A stretch of 64,000 nt of DNA from Polyangiales bacterium (GTDB lineage: Bacteria; Myxococcota_A; Polyangia; Polyangiales; JADJQN01), in the NCBI GenBank assembly GCA_964202905.1, contig CAXNJO010000001.1:96001-160000 (forward strand), written 5' to 3'. The stretch's first letter is position 1, and the number at the start of each line of letters is the position of its first letter. The notes beneath the pieces were generated by a model. That model was not told the DNA's origin and searched no databases. It saw only the letters and a program-made list of their open reading frames with translations. Below are positions 31,333 to 40,355 of the stretch, in pieces. Position numbers and translations under genes: made by a program.

Positions 31333-34300
31333 CACATCCCCTCCCGGCCGCCGAGCGCACGCGCAGCGTCGCTGAGCGGCGCGTCTTCGACCGCCGTCGC
31401 GCGGATGCGCCACGCCTGCGCGCGATGCGTCGCGTCGAAGCGCAGCGGCACCACCACCACGCGCTCACTCGCCGTGCCCTCGTTCCACACGGCGACGAGC
31501 CGTGCGTCGATCGCCGTGCGCGGATCGCCGCCGGTGCGCCGCACCTCGAGCGCGTAGAAGCCCCGCTCCTGCTCACGCACGTCGAAGGCCTCGAGGCCGT
31601 ACTCCGGCGAGAGATCGTCGGGCCTCGCGAGCAGCCCATCCGGGTGTCCCGCCCACAGCGAGAGCCCTGCGTCCGGATGCGACCACACGAGCGACACCCG
31701 CAGCGCCCCCGCCTCGCGCAGCACGCCCGAGCGCCGCATGCGCTGCGCGAGCGCCGCCAGCTTCGCCGAATCGCCCGCGTCGCGTGCGGCCTTGCGCAGC
31801 TCGGCGTAGCGCACCGACGACCAGAGCAGCGCCGTCCGCGCGAGCCCCGCGGACGCGCCCGGCGCCGCGGTCTCGGTGAGCTTCTGCTCGAGGCGGAGCG
31901 CCTCGTCGACGCGCCCCGCGCCGGCCGCAGCCTGCGCGAGCAGCAACGAGACGGCCGGGTCGTCGGGGCGAATCGTCGCGAGCGTCTGGTACTGCCGGTA
32001 CGCGTCCTCGAACCAGCCGTGCGCGCGGTAGAGGTCGCCGAGGCGACGCCGCGCGAGCTCGTCCTGCGGCGCGAACTCCACGATCTCGCTGAAGACGCGC
32101 CGCGCCTCGGGCTCGTCGTCGAGGCGCAGGTACATCTCGCCGATCGCCGTGCGCACGCCCGCATCGGCGAGCGGGTCGCGGCGGAGCTGCTCGGCGAGGC
32201 GGCGCGCCTCGGGCAGACGGCCCGCGGCCTCGAGCTCCGAGAGCAGGCGCAGCCGTAGGTCGAAGGAATCGGGCTGCTGCGCGGCGAGCTGGCGCAGCGC
32301 GGCGATGCGCTGCGCGGGCGTCGTCGCGCGCGCGAGGACCTGCTCGACGAGCGCCTGATCGACCACCGCCGAGAGCCCGAAGGCTTCGCGCACGATGCGG
32401 AGATCTGCAGGCGTCCGCACGCGCCGCGGGATCGCCGCGCGCAGGTGGCCGCGTGCGCCACCGTCATCGAGATAGCGATACACCTGCACCATGGTTGCGA
32501 CATCGCCCGCGACGCCGAGGAGGAGATCCAGCAGCGCGCGGCGATCGCTCCACGCCGTCGCCTCGCAGGTGCGCACGGCGTCGCGGTAGACGTCGACCCA
32601 CGCCGAGACGCCAGTCACCCGCGCGAGCCGCTCGGACCAGAGCGCGCGCCTGTCCGCGAGGGAGAGCGCGCTCGCCTCGCTGCAACGGCTCGGGCGGTGA
32701 CGCTCGAGGTCGGTCGTGACGGTGACCGTGGTCGTGGTCGTGATCGAGAGCGTCCCCGAGCCACCGCGCGCGTCGTCCCGGTCGATGCCCCGCGTTCGCC
32801 GTGCTCGGACGGTCGACTCGACGAGTTCCTCGCCCCCGGTCGTGGGGCGGGCGGGGCTCCGACGGCCCCCGCCGGCGCCGATCGTGCCGAGCCCGATCCT
32901 CCCCTCGCCCGTGCCACCGCCGCCGTACCCCGTCCCGGCGAGCCCCCCGCCGAGCCCACCGACGAGCCCGTCTGCCGGCATGTCGGCAGCGACGTTCGCT
33001 TGCGGCCTGCCCGCGGCCTGCTCGAACGCCGCACGCGCTGTGCCGTCGGGCGCGGCCTGCTGCCTCGGCGCGGCCGAGGCGCCGGGCGGCGGCAGGGGCG
33101 CGGCGGGCGATGGCGCCTCATCGCCGAACGGCGCCGCGACCTCCTCCGCGGCCGGCGCAGCCTGCGGGACGGGGCTCTCGGACTCGTCGTTCGCGCGCTC
33201 GGAGGCGGGGGCCGTGGACCCGGAGGCGACGGAGACGGCCGCCGGCTCGGGCGCAGGCGCTGACTTGTCCCGCTCGAGCAGCGCGCAGCCCGTGGTGAGC
33301 GTGAGCGGGAAGGCGACGACGGCGAGGCCGGTCGCGAGGGCGTCGAGCGCGCCCGGCGACGAATCCGGCACGAAGTCGAGCGGCGCCGCATCGAGGAGAC
33401 GCGCGCTCTCGCCGAGCTCGCGCAGCTCGCGCGCGCTCGGGACGTAGAAGCTCGTGAACGGCGTGATGAGGCCGTAGCGCGTGCCGAGCTCCGCGATGGA
33501 CTCGCGCCCCGCGCGCTCGAGCAGCAGCTGCCGCAGGCGCTCACCCGCCCAGCGGAGGCGCAGATCCGTCGCGCCCTCGGTGTCGCGCGTCTCGATCTTC
33601 AGCGTCTCGCGGAACTCGCGGCCGCCGACGAGCCCCGTGACGACGAGCTCCTTCGGCGGCTCGCCGCGCACGCGCCCGAGCACGGGCAGCACCTCGCCGA
33701 CGACGACGTCCATCGGCCGGCGGGGGAACACGTTGTCGATCCCCGCGCCGAGCTGCACGACGACGCGCTGCGCGAGCGGACGCGCCGCGTGGCCGAGCAC
33801 CCGCAGCGCCGCCTCCGCGCCCGCGGCGCGGTCCCCGACGCGCAGCGCGAGACCGCCGCCGCGCGTGAGCGCCTCGAGCAGCTCGAGGTCCGCGACCGCG
33901 CCCACCGCGACCGCGTAGAGCCGCAGTGGCCGCGGCAGCCGCGCGAGCCGCGTGAGCAGCGCGTCCGCCTCGAGCTCGCCCACCGTCGGGGCGCCGTCGC
34001 CCACGTAGACCACCGCGCAGCCGCGCGGCGACGCGCCCGCGCCGCAGAGGGCGCCCGCGTCCGCGAGCGCAGCGCCGAGATCCGTCGCGCCACCGGGGAC
34101 CGCGCGCGCGAGCGCATCGAGCAGCGCCCCGACGCGCTCCGGGCTCGCCGGTCCGAGGGCGGGCGGCGCGCCGCCGAGCCCACGCAGCGCCACGTCGCTC
34201 GTCACGATCGCGACGCGATCACGCGCGCCGAGCTGCGCGACGAGCGACTCGACGACGCTGCGCCCGAGCTCGAGGTGCGACGCGTCGGTGCCGGCCGACA

Positions 34301-35765
34301 CATCCGCGACGATCACGAGATCCTGCAGAGAATCGGCGGGCGCGGCCGCGCCGAGCACGCGCTCCGGGAGCACGACGGGCACGAAGTAGAAGTCGCGCTC
34401 GTCGGCCTCGTTCGGCACCGCGCGCGAGCCGGGCGCGCGGCGCGGCGCCTCGTGTTCCGCGCGGTACGCGGTGAGCGATCCGTCGCTGCCGCCGCCCTCG
34501 AGCTCGAGCCAGAAGTCCGCGCGCGGCCGCACATCCGAGCGCCGGAGCCGCACGACTCCGTCGGCGATCGTCGCGCCGAGCCCCGCACGCACCGCGACGT
34601 CGTCGCCCGCCTTCGAGACGTCGACGGCGATGCCGAGCTCCTGCACGTGCGGCACGCGCGCGAGCGGGCCGCTCGAGCCCATCGGGTAGCGGTAGAGGCG
34701 CGGCGCGCCCGCAGCGGGGCGACGCAGCCACTCCGCGTAGCGCGTGACGATGCGACGCGTCTCGCCCGCGGCGATCGGGTAGATGCGCGCGCGGTAAGCG
34801 TCCGGCGCGTCCCACTCGAGCAGCGCCGGGTCGTCGGTGGAGCCCCGGTACACCTGCGCCTCGTAGGCGGCGCGCGCCGTCTCCTTCTCGCGCACGAAGC
34901 CGTCGACGAGGCGCCCGCCGCGGTCGACCGCGAAGCGCGAGAGCACAGCGCCCTCGGGCACGCGGATGCGGTAGAGGCCCTCGACCGTCTCGCTCGCGGG
35001 GTTGAAGAACTCCTGGTCGACCTCGGTGACGGCGAGGTCGTCGCGGATGACGACGCGCACGTCGAGCCGCCGGATCACGAGCGGCCAACGCGCGGCGCCG
35101 AGCTCGTCGGGCACGCGCGCCTCGAGCTGCCCCATGCCGGGGGGCGCGTCGCCCACCTCGGGACCGGGGCGCGCGAGGCCGCTCGTCCAATCGCTCCACA
35201 GCGTCTGCGGCGACACCTGCGCCGCACGGCCGGCGAGCGCGACCACCTCGCCCGCACGCGCGACGGCGCGCTGCCCGCCCGCGGTGAACGCCGCTTCACC
35301 GCGCACCACGTAGACGCGCGCCGATCCATCGGCCGCGAGCTCGAGCGAGAGCGCGCCGTCGTTCGTGCGCACGGTGCCCTTCGGCAGCGTCACGGAGACG
35401 GGCGCGCCGAGCGGCACGTCGAGGAACGCGCGCCCCGCCGAGAGCGTCAGGGCGGGGGCGCCGTCCTCGCGCGCGTCGAGCGCGAGCCGCGCACCGCCTC
35501 CGAGAAGAAGGCGCGGCCCGGCGTCGAGCACGACGCGCGCGAGCCCGCCCTCCGGAACCGCGACCGCCCCCTCGTCCCCGGCGGCGAGCCGCGTCGTCGG
35601 CGCAGCGCGCGCGCCGCCCACGCGGACCTCGCCGCGCACCGGCGTGAGCGTCGCGAGGCTCGCGTAGGTGTCGCGCGGCTCGCCTCCACAAGCCGCGAAC
35701 GCGAGCGCGACGAGCCAGCCCAGCGACGAGCGCCTCCCGATGCCGACGACTGAATGGCGATTCAT
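31332..35765 (-). CDS. Lipoprotein: FecR-like, VIT, vWA, Pro/Gly-rich linker, TPR and C-terminal domain (paralogue of 27013-31332)
   Basis: Lipobox FAAC; LAVTEVDQEFFN, ADVSAG, GATDLG, YVGDG, LITPFTSF, RRLGDLYRAHGW, VSLVWSHPD. Confidence 0.87.
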   Translation of the reverse strand: MNRHSVVGIGRRSSLGWLVALAFAACGGEPRDTYASLATLTPVRGEVRVGGARAAPTTRLAAGDEGAVAVPEGGLARVVLDAGPRLLLGGGARLALDAREDGAPALTLSAGRAFLDVPLGAPVSVTLPKGTVRTNDGALSLELAADGSARVYVVRGEAAFTAGGQRAVARAGEVVALAGRAAQVSPQTLWSDWTSGLARPGPEVGDAPPGMGQLEARVPDELGAARWPLVIRRLDVRVVIRDDLAVTEVDQEFFNPASETVEGLYRIRVPEGAVLSRFAVDRGGRLVDGFVREKETARAAYEAQVYRGSTDDPALLEWDAPDAYRARIYPIAAGETRRIVTRYAEWLRRPAAGAPRLYRYPMGSSGPLARVPHVQELGIAVDVSKAGDDVAVRAGLGATIADGVVRLRRSDVRPRADFWLELEGGGSDGSLTAYRAEHEAPRRAPGSRAVPNEADERDFYFVPVVLPERVLGAAAPADSLQDLVIVADVSAGTDASHLELGRSVVESLVAQLGARDRVAIVTSDVALRGLGGAPPALGPASPERVGALLDALARAVPGGATDLGAALADAGALCGAGASPRGCAVVYVGDGAPTVGELEADALLTRLARLPRPLRLYAVAVGAVADLELLEALTRGGGLALRVGDRAAGAEAALRVLGHAARPLAQRVVVQLGAGIDNVFPRRPMDVVVGEVLPVLGRVRGEPPKELVVTGLVGGREFRETLKIETRDTEGATDLRLRWAGERLRQLLLERAGRESIAELGTRYGLITPFTSFYVPSARELRELGESARLLDAAPLDFVPDSSPGALDALATGLAVVAFPLTLTTGCALLERDKSAPAPEPAAVSVASGSTAPASERANDESESPVPQAAPAAEEVAAPFGDEAPSPAAPLPPPGASAAPRQQAAPDGTARAAFEQAAGRPQANVAADMPADGLVGGLGGGLAGTGYGGGGTGEGRIGLGTIGAGGGRRSPARPTTGGEELVESTVRARRTRGIDRDDARGGSGTLSITTTTTVTVTTDLERHRPSRCSEASALSLADRRALWSERLARVTGVSAWVDVYRDAVRTCEATAWSDRRALLDLLLGVAGDVATMVQVYRYLDDGGARGHLRAAIPRRVRTPADLRIVREAFGLSAVVDQALVEQVLARATTPAQRIAALRQLAAQQPDSFDLRLRLLSELEAAGRLPEARRLAEQLRRDPLADAGVRTAIGEMYLRLDDEPEARRVFSEIVEFAPQDELARRRLGDLYRAHGWFEDAYRQYQTLATIRPDDPAVSLLLAQAAAGAGRVDEALRLEQKLTETAAPGASAGLARTALLWSSVRYAELRKAARDAGDSAKLAALAQRMRRSGVLREAGALRVSLVWSHPDAGLSLWAGHPDGLLARPDDLSPEYGLEAFDVREQERGFYALEVRRTGGDPRTAIDARLVAVWNEGTASERVVVVPLRFDATHRAQAWRIRATAVEDAPLSDAARALGGREGM

Positions 35766-35931
35766 TCCAGACCCCTCTCCCGCACGCGGTGACGCGCTAG
35801 ACGCCCGTCGTCGACGAAAGTTCTCCGCGCCGCGCGCTGCGCCCGCTGAAACAGGCGAGCCCCGCGCACCTTGGCTCCGCCGCGCGACGCACCGAAGCGC
35901 GCGCGCAGCGGCACTCCCGCCCCGGCGGCGG

Positions 35932-36420
35932 TCAAAGCGCCTGCAACGACGTGACGCGCTCGAGCGTGCGCGGACGCAAGAGCCACTCGAACGTGTACGC
36001 GCCCGAGGCCCCGCGCCGCAGCGCGCACACCGCCGACTTCTGAAACGCCGGCACCGCGACGCCGAGCAGCGCGGACGCGAGCGCGCTGAGGTTCGGCTCG
36101 TGGCCGACCAGCGCGACGCGCGTGTCGTCCTCGAGGCCGTCGAGCGCGAGCACGACCTGCGACGGATCGCCGTTCGGTACGAGCGCCGGCAGCACCTCGA
36201 TGGGCCCCTCGAAGGCCTGCGCGGCGGCCACGATCTCGCAGGTCTGCACGGCCCGCACGAGCGGGCTCGTGAACATCCGCGCGGGGGTCACGCCCGCGTC
36301 CCGCAGCGCGTCGGCGACGGCGCGCGTGACCTGCCTCCCCTTCGCCGTGAGCCAGCGCTCGCCGTCGGTGCGGGCACCGTGCTCGACCGCCTCGCCGTGA
36401 CGCACCAGCAGCAGCTGCAT
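35932..36420 (-). CDS. sixA: Phosphohistidine phosphatase SixA
   Basis: MQLLLVRHGEA, RWLTAKG, TSPLVRAVQT, LVGHEP. Confidence 0.9.
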   Translation of the reverse strand: MQLLLVRHGEAVEHGARTDGERWLTAKGRQVTRAVADALRDAGVTPARMFTSPLVRAVQTCEIVAAAQAFEGPIEVLPALVPNGDPSQVVLALDGLEDDTRVALVGHEPNLSALASALLGVAVPAFQKSAVCALRRGASGAYTFEWLLRPRTLERVTSLQAL

Positions 36421-36499
36421 GGGCTGGCTTGGTAGCACGTCCGGCGGGTTTTTTGACCGGGGATCCCGGCTCCCCGATGGTCCGGAGCTGGAGGCGGCG

Positions 36500-37468
36500 A
36501 TGGCCCTGGGTGAGCGAGCGGACCTGCGCGGTGCGGTGATCGAGGGGAAATACCGCCTCGGCGAGCGGATCGGGATCGGCGGGACGGGCGTCGTCTTCGA
36601 GGCGACGCGCCTCGCGGACGGCCACTCCGTCGTCGTCAAGACCCTGCGCCCGTGCTTCGTCGACCACCCGGATCTCGGGCGTCGGCTGCGGCGCGAGGCC
36701 GAGGTCGCGCGCACGCTCGTGCACCCCGGCGTCGTGCCCGTGACGGACGAGGGCACGCTCGAGGACGGCTCGCCGTACATCGTGATGGAGCGCGCGCACG
36801 GCGAGAGCCTCTCGCGCATGCTGCTGCGGCGCGGGACGCTGCCGGCCGCGGAGGTCGCGGCGATCGGCGTGCGTGTGCTCGCGATCCTGCAGGCCTCGCA
36901 CCGCGCGGGCTACGTGCACCGCGACGTGAAGCCCGAACACGTGCTCCTCGAGCGCGACGCGGACGGCGAGCTGCTCGTGACGCTCCTCGACTTCGGCGTC
37001 TGCTCCGCGCCGACCGCCCCCGCCGACGAGCGCGCGCGCGAGCAGGGCCGCGTCTTCGGCACGCCGAGCTACGTCTCGCCCGAGCAGGCCTCGGGGAAGG
37101 TCGACGTGGACGGGCGCGCGGACCTGTTTTCCCTCGGAATCACGATGTGGGAGTGCCTCGCGGGCCGCCTGCCCTTCCGCGCGTCCAACGTGTCGAGCCT
37201 GCTGCTGCGCATCATCCGCGAGGACGCGCCGCCGCTCGTGCTCGCGGTCGCCGACGTGCCGCGCGAGCTCGCGGACGTGATCCACGTCGCGCTCGCCCGC
37301 GCGCCCGAAGCACGCTTCCCCTCGGCCCGCGGGATGGCCCGTGCGCTCGCGCCGTTCGCCGTCGACCGCTTGGCCGTCGAGCGGCGCCTCGCGGCGATCG
37401 CGCGCACCACCGCGACGCCCGAGAGCGCGATCCCGACGATCAACGCTGCGTCGGTCGTCGCGGCGTAG
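36500..37468 (+). CDS. Cytoplasmic Hanks-type Ser/Thr protein kinase
   Basis: GGAGG SD before ATG 36500; GIGGTGVV, VVVK, HRDVKPEH, LLDFG, GTPSYVSPEQ, ADLFSLG. Confidence 0.92.
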   Translation: MALGERADLRGAVIEGKYRLGERIGIGGTGVVFEATRLADGHSVVVKTLRPCFVDHPDLGRRLRREAEVARTLVHPGVVPVTDEGTLEDGSPYIVMERAHGESLSRMLLRRGTLPAAEVAAIGVRVLAILQASHRAGYVHRDVKPEHVLLERDADGELLVTLLDFGVCSAPTAPADERAREQGRVFGTPSYVSPEQASGKVDVDGRADLFSLGITMWECLAGRLPFRASNVSSLLLRIIREDAPPLVLAVADVPRELADVIHVALARAPEARFPSARGMARALAPFAVDRLAVERRLAAIARTTATPESAIPTINAASVVAA

Positions 37469-38774
37469 CGCGACCCACGACGCGCAGCGCCATCAGGTGC
37501 TCGCGTCGCCCGCCCGCGCGCGGCGACGAGGCCAACGCGAGCGGCTCGAGGCCTGCCGCGGGCGCGAGCCGCGCGACCTGCGCGTCCGCGTCGAGGCGCT
37601 CGCCCTGCGCCTCACCGTCGCCCATCAAGAGCACGACGAGCGCACCCGGTCGCGTCACCGACGCCACGCTCGCGAGCGCCTCGCCGAGCTCCTCGTCCCA
37701 GCGCGCGGCGCCGTGCGCGTCGTCCGAGACGCGGCGACGCGCGCCGATCTCCTGCGCGCGCAGCCTGCGTGGGTCGATGCCGAGCCACGCGTAGCGGCGC
37801 GCGTGGTGATCGACGTAGTCGTACGTGCCCCCGTAGGGCGGCGAGGTCAGCACGAGATCCGCGGCGAAACCAGGACCGAGCGCGCCACGCAGCGCGCGCG
37901 CATCGGAGAAGGCGAGGCGCGGCTCGGGCGAGGTCGAGGGGCACGCGGCGTCGAGCCAGGCCCAGCGCTGCGAGAGCTCGCGGCCCTTGCGGACGAAGAA
38001 CTCCGTCGGCAGGCCCTTGCGGATGCGGCGCTCGACGCGCTCCTCCGCGGTGTCGGCGCGCTGCCGCGAGAACTTCACGACGATGGCCGAGAGCACGAGC
38101 AGCAGCGCCTCCTGCTCATCGGGATCCGCGACGGCGAGGATCTCCTCGCGCAACCCCGCGAGCTCCTTGAGGACGTGGCCGTCCCACCAGCCGACCTCGT
38201 GCTTGGGCAGCGGCGCGAGCGCCGGGATCCGGGCCTGGACGCGCTCCTCCGAGGCCGCGCCGACCTGCGCGAGCGTCTCCTCGAAGCGCGCCCGGGCGTG
38301 CGGGCCGACGCGCCGTGACTTCACCGCCGCGAGCCGCAGCGCGAGCGGGTTGAGGTCCGTGCCCACCGCGCGCAGACCGAGCGCGCGCGCCTCGATGAGC
38401 ACCGTGCCGCTGCCGACGAACGGATCGAGCACGAGCCCGCCCGCGGGCGCGAGCGCCTCGAGCACCACGCGCGCCGTCTCCGCGTGCATCCGCGCCGGAT
38501 AGGCGTGAAAACCGTGCGTGAGCGTGTCGCGCGCCGCCGGGCTCGCCGCATCGAGCGCATCCGCGAGGATCTCCGAGAGCCCCTCGTCGCCGGCGACCAG
38601 CGTCGTGCCGTACGGCGCGACGCCCGTCAGCGCCGTGCGGCGTCGGTCGCGCTCGGGGACGACGTGCGCGGGCGGCTCGACGTCGGGGGCCCAGTGATCG
38701 AGCTCCTCGCGCCGCGGAGGGGGCGGCGTGCGGCGGGGGGGGCGCTGCGGGGAGCGCGGATCACGCGGGCTCAT
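37440..38774 (-). CDS. Orphan amino (probably N4-cytosine) DNA methyltransferase, alpha motif order
   Basis: HGFHAYPARM, motif I VLDPFVGSGT, motif IV DLVLTSPPY; no neighbouring nuclease. Confidence 0.8.
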   Translation of the reverse strand: MSPRDPRSPQRPPRRTPPPPRREELDHWAPDVEPPAHVVPERDRRRTALTGVAPYGTTLVAGDEGLSEILADALDAASPAARDTLTHGFHAYPARMHAETARVVLEALAPAGGLVLDPFVGSGTVLIEARALGLRAVGTDLNPLALRLAAVKSRRVGPHARARFEETLAQVGAASEERVQARIPALAPLPKHEVGWWDGHVLKELAGLREEILAVADPDEQEALLLVLSAIVVKFSRQRADTAEERVERRIRKGLPTEFFVRKGRELSQRWAWLDAACPSTSPEPRLAFSDARALRGALGPGFAADLVLTSPPYGGTYDYVDHHARRYAWLGIDPRRLRAQEIGARRRVSDDAHGAARWDEELGEALASVASVTRPGALVVLLMGDGEAQGERLDADAQVARLAPAAGLEPLALASSPRAGGRREHLMALRVVGRATPRRPTQR

Positions 38775-38781
38775 GGGTGCG

Positions 38782-38796
38782 TCTCTCTCTCTCTCT
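38782..38796. repeat. (TC)7T / (AG)n microsatellite 7 nt upstream of the methyltransferase ATG
   Basis: tctctctctctctct on + strand. Confidence 0.85.
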
Positions 38797-38827
38797 GAAT
38801 CACGGTGCGGGCGCGGACTCGCGCGGC

Positions 38828-40216
38828 TCACGCGGGGCCGGGCGCGGGCGGCGCTGCGGTGGACGGGCCGTCGGCACCCGGCGGCGCCGCGCGGCGCGCG
38901 TGGGCGCGTGCGATGCCGGTGGCCACGGCGAGCCACACGAGCACGAGCCCGACGTTCACGAGCGCGAAGCCGCGCGTCGAGAGGTGGAGCACCTCGAGCC
39001 CCAGCGTCACCACGCCGAAGGCCGCGACGTCGCCGATCCGCACGAAGAAGGTGTCCACGAGGGCCTTCGCTTTGTACTTTTCCTCGCGGCTCGCGACCAG
39101 CCAGAGGGCTTGCCGCGTCGTGGTCTGCAGCGAGTAATCGAGCGCGTTCTCGGCCGTCTTCGCGAGGCGGATGACGGGCAGCGTGAGCAGCCCGGCGATC
39201 GCGACGTAGCCGCCGAGCGCGACGACCGGCATCACGAAGAGCGCGACGCGCACGCCCGCGTGCGAGAGCACGCGCGAGACGACGAGCAGCTGCAGCGCGA
39301 GCGTGAGCGCGTTCACGCCGCTGAAGAAGTCGCCCATGAACGACGCGACGAAGGCCTCGGGCGCCTGCCCGGACGCGCGCGCCGCCTCGCGCACGCCGCT
39401 CGTGAGCACGAACTCGCCGACGCTGTTCACGCAGTTGTAGACGACGAGCAGGCCCGCGATCAGCAGGAAATATCGGCTCTTTCGCAGGAGATTCCACGCG
39501 CTGCCCGCCGCGAGTGGGGCGGCGTCCGCCGTGCGCGCGACCGGCCCGCGGCGCTCGCCGCGCGCCCCGCGCGCGAAGGCGAGACGCGCGAGCACGAGCG
39601 CGACGACGAGCAGCGCCGCGGCGCCGTAGATCAGCCGCCCCTGCGCGTCGGCGAGGAAGAGCCGCTTGGCGACCTGCGCGCCCACGATGCCGCCCGCCGC
39701 GCTGCCGACGGCGATAAGCCCGAAGAGCCGTCTGCCCGCGCCGGGCTCGTAGAGATCGTTCGCGAACGACCAGAACTGCGCGACCACGAAGAGGTTGAAG
39801 ATCCCCACGAACACGAAGAACGCGACCGCGAGCGGCGCGCTCCCCCGCGCCGCGTCCGCGAGCGCACCGAACACGACGAGACAGCCCACGAACACGGCCG
39901 TCGTCACCGCGAGCAGCCGCGCGCGCCCCGCGCGCTCCGAGAGCGCGTCGTACCCGCGCAGCAGCGGCACGAGCAGGATCGCCATCCCCGCGGCCGCCGC
40001 CGCCTTCAGCCGCGGTCCGCCCTCGAGCGGCGTGATGAGCGCCTCGCGCGTGACCTTGAGCAGGTAGTACGCGAAGAGCAGCACGAAGACCTGCGCCCCG
40101 AGCAGCAGCGCCGTCGCGCCCTCCCCGCGCCGCAGCTCGGCGAACGGCGCGAGCGCCCACTCGAGCCCCCCGCGGTCGACGCGCGTCGCGTCACCCGTCT
40201 GTCCGCCGCGCGACAC
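38828..40216 (-). CDS. Npt1/TLC family nucleotide (ATP/ADP) translocase-like MFS protein (start uncertain)
   Basis: AYYLLKVTREAL, GIFNLFVVAQFWSFANDL, RRLFGLIA, ENALDYSL, EKYKAKALVDTFFVRIGD. Confidence 0.85.
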   Translation of the reverse strand: MSRGGQTGDATRVDRGGLEWALAPFAELRRGEGATALLLGAQVFVLLFAYYLLKVTREALITPLEGGPRLKAAAAAGMAILLVPLLRGYDALSERAGRARLLAVTTAVFVGCLVVFGALADAARGSAPLAVAFFVFVGIFNLFVVAQFWSFANDLYEPGAGRRLFGLIAVGSAAGGIVGAQVAKRLFLADAQGRLIYGAAALLVVALVLARLAFARGARGERRGPVARTADAAPLAAGSAWNLLRKSRYFLLIAGLLVVYNCVNSVGEFVLTSGVREAARASGQAPEAFVASFMGDFFSGVNALTLALQLLVVSRVLSHAGVRVALFVMPVVALGGYVAIAGLLTLPVIRLAKTAENALDYSLQTTTRQALWLVASREEKYKAKALVDTFFVRIGDVAAFGVVTLGLEVLHLSTRGFALVNVGLVLVWLAVATGIARAHARRAAPPGADGPSTAAPPAPGPA

Positions 40217-40355
40217 GGCGCCGCTTCTACCACGGCGGGGTGCACCCGCCCTCCGCACCCGCGCACGCCGCCCACGGCGCGGCCGCGCGTGAACCCCGCG
40301 ACCGGGAGCGTCGATGCCTCCGACCGGCGATTCACGGACCCGCGGCCCGCGCGTC

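Noticed and set aside
25228..31557. 2109-aa + strand ORF, and similar giants (6911-10906, 14467-17862, 41821-44673, 558-3269, 6864-9902)
   Set aside because: Antisense or off-frame shadows of real genes; Arg/Ala-rich with no motifs, as expected from stop-codon scarcity at very high GC
37440..40160. 906-aa ORF as a fused transporter-methyltransferase; likewise the 1050-aa ORF 51367-54519 as an extended regulator
   Set aside because: The N-terminal extensions are off-frame overlaps of the upstream genes; real starts are at 38774 and 52791
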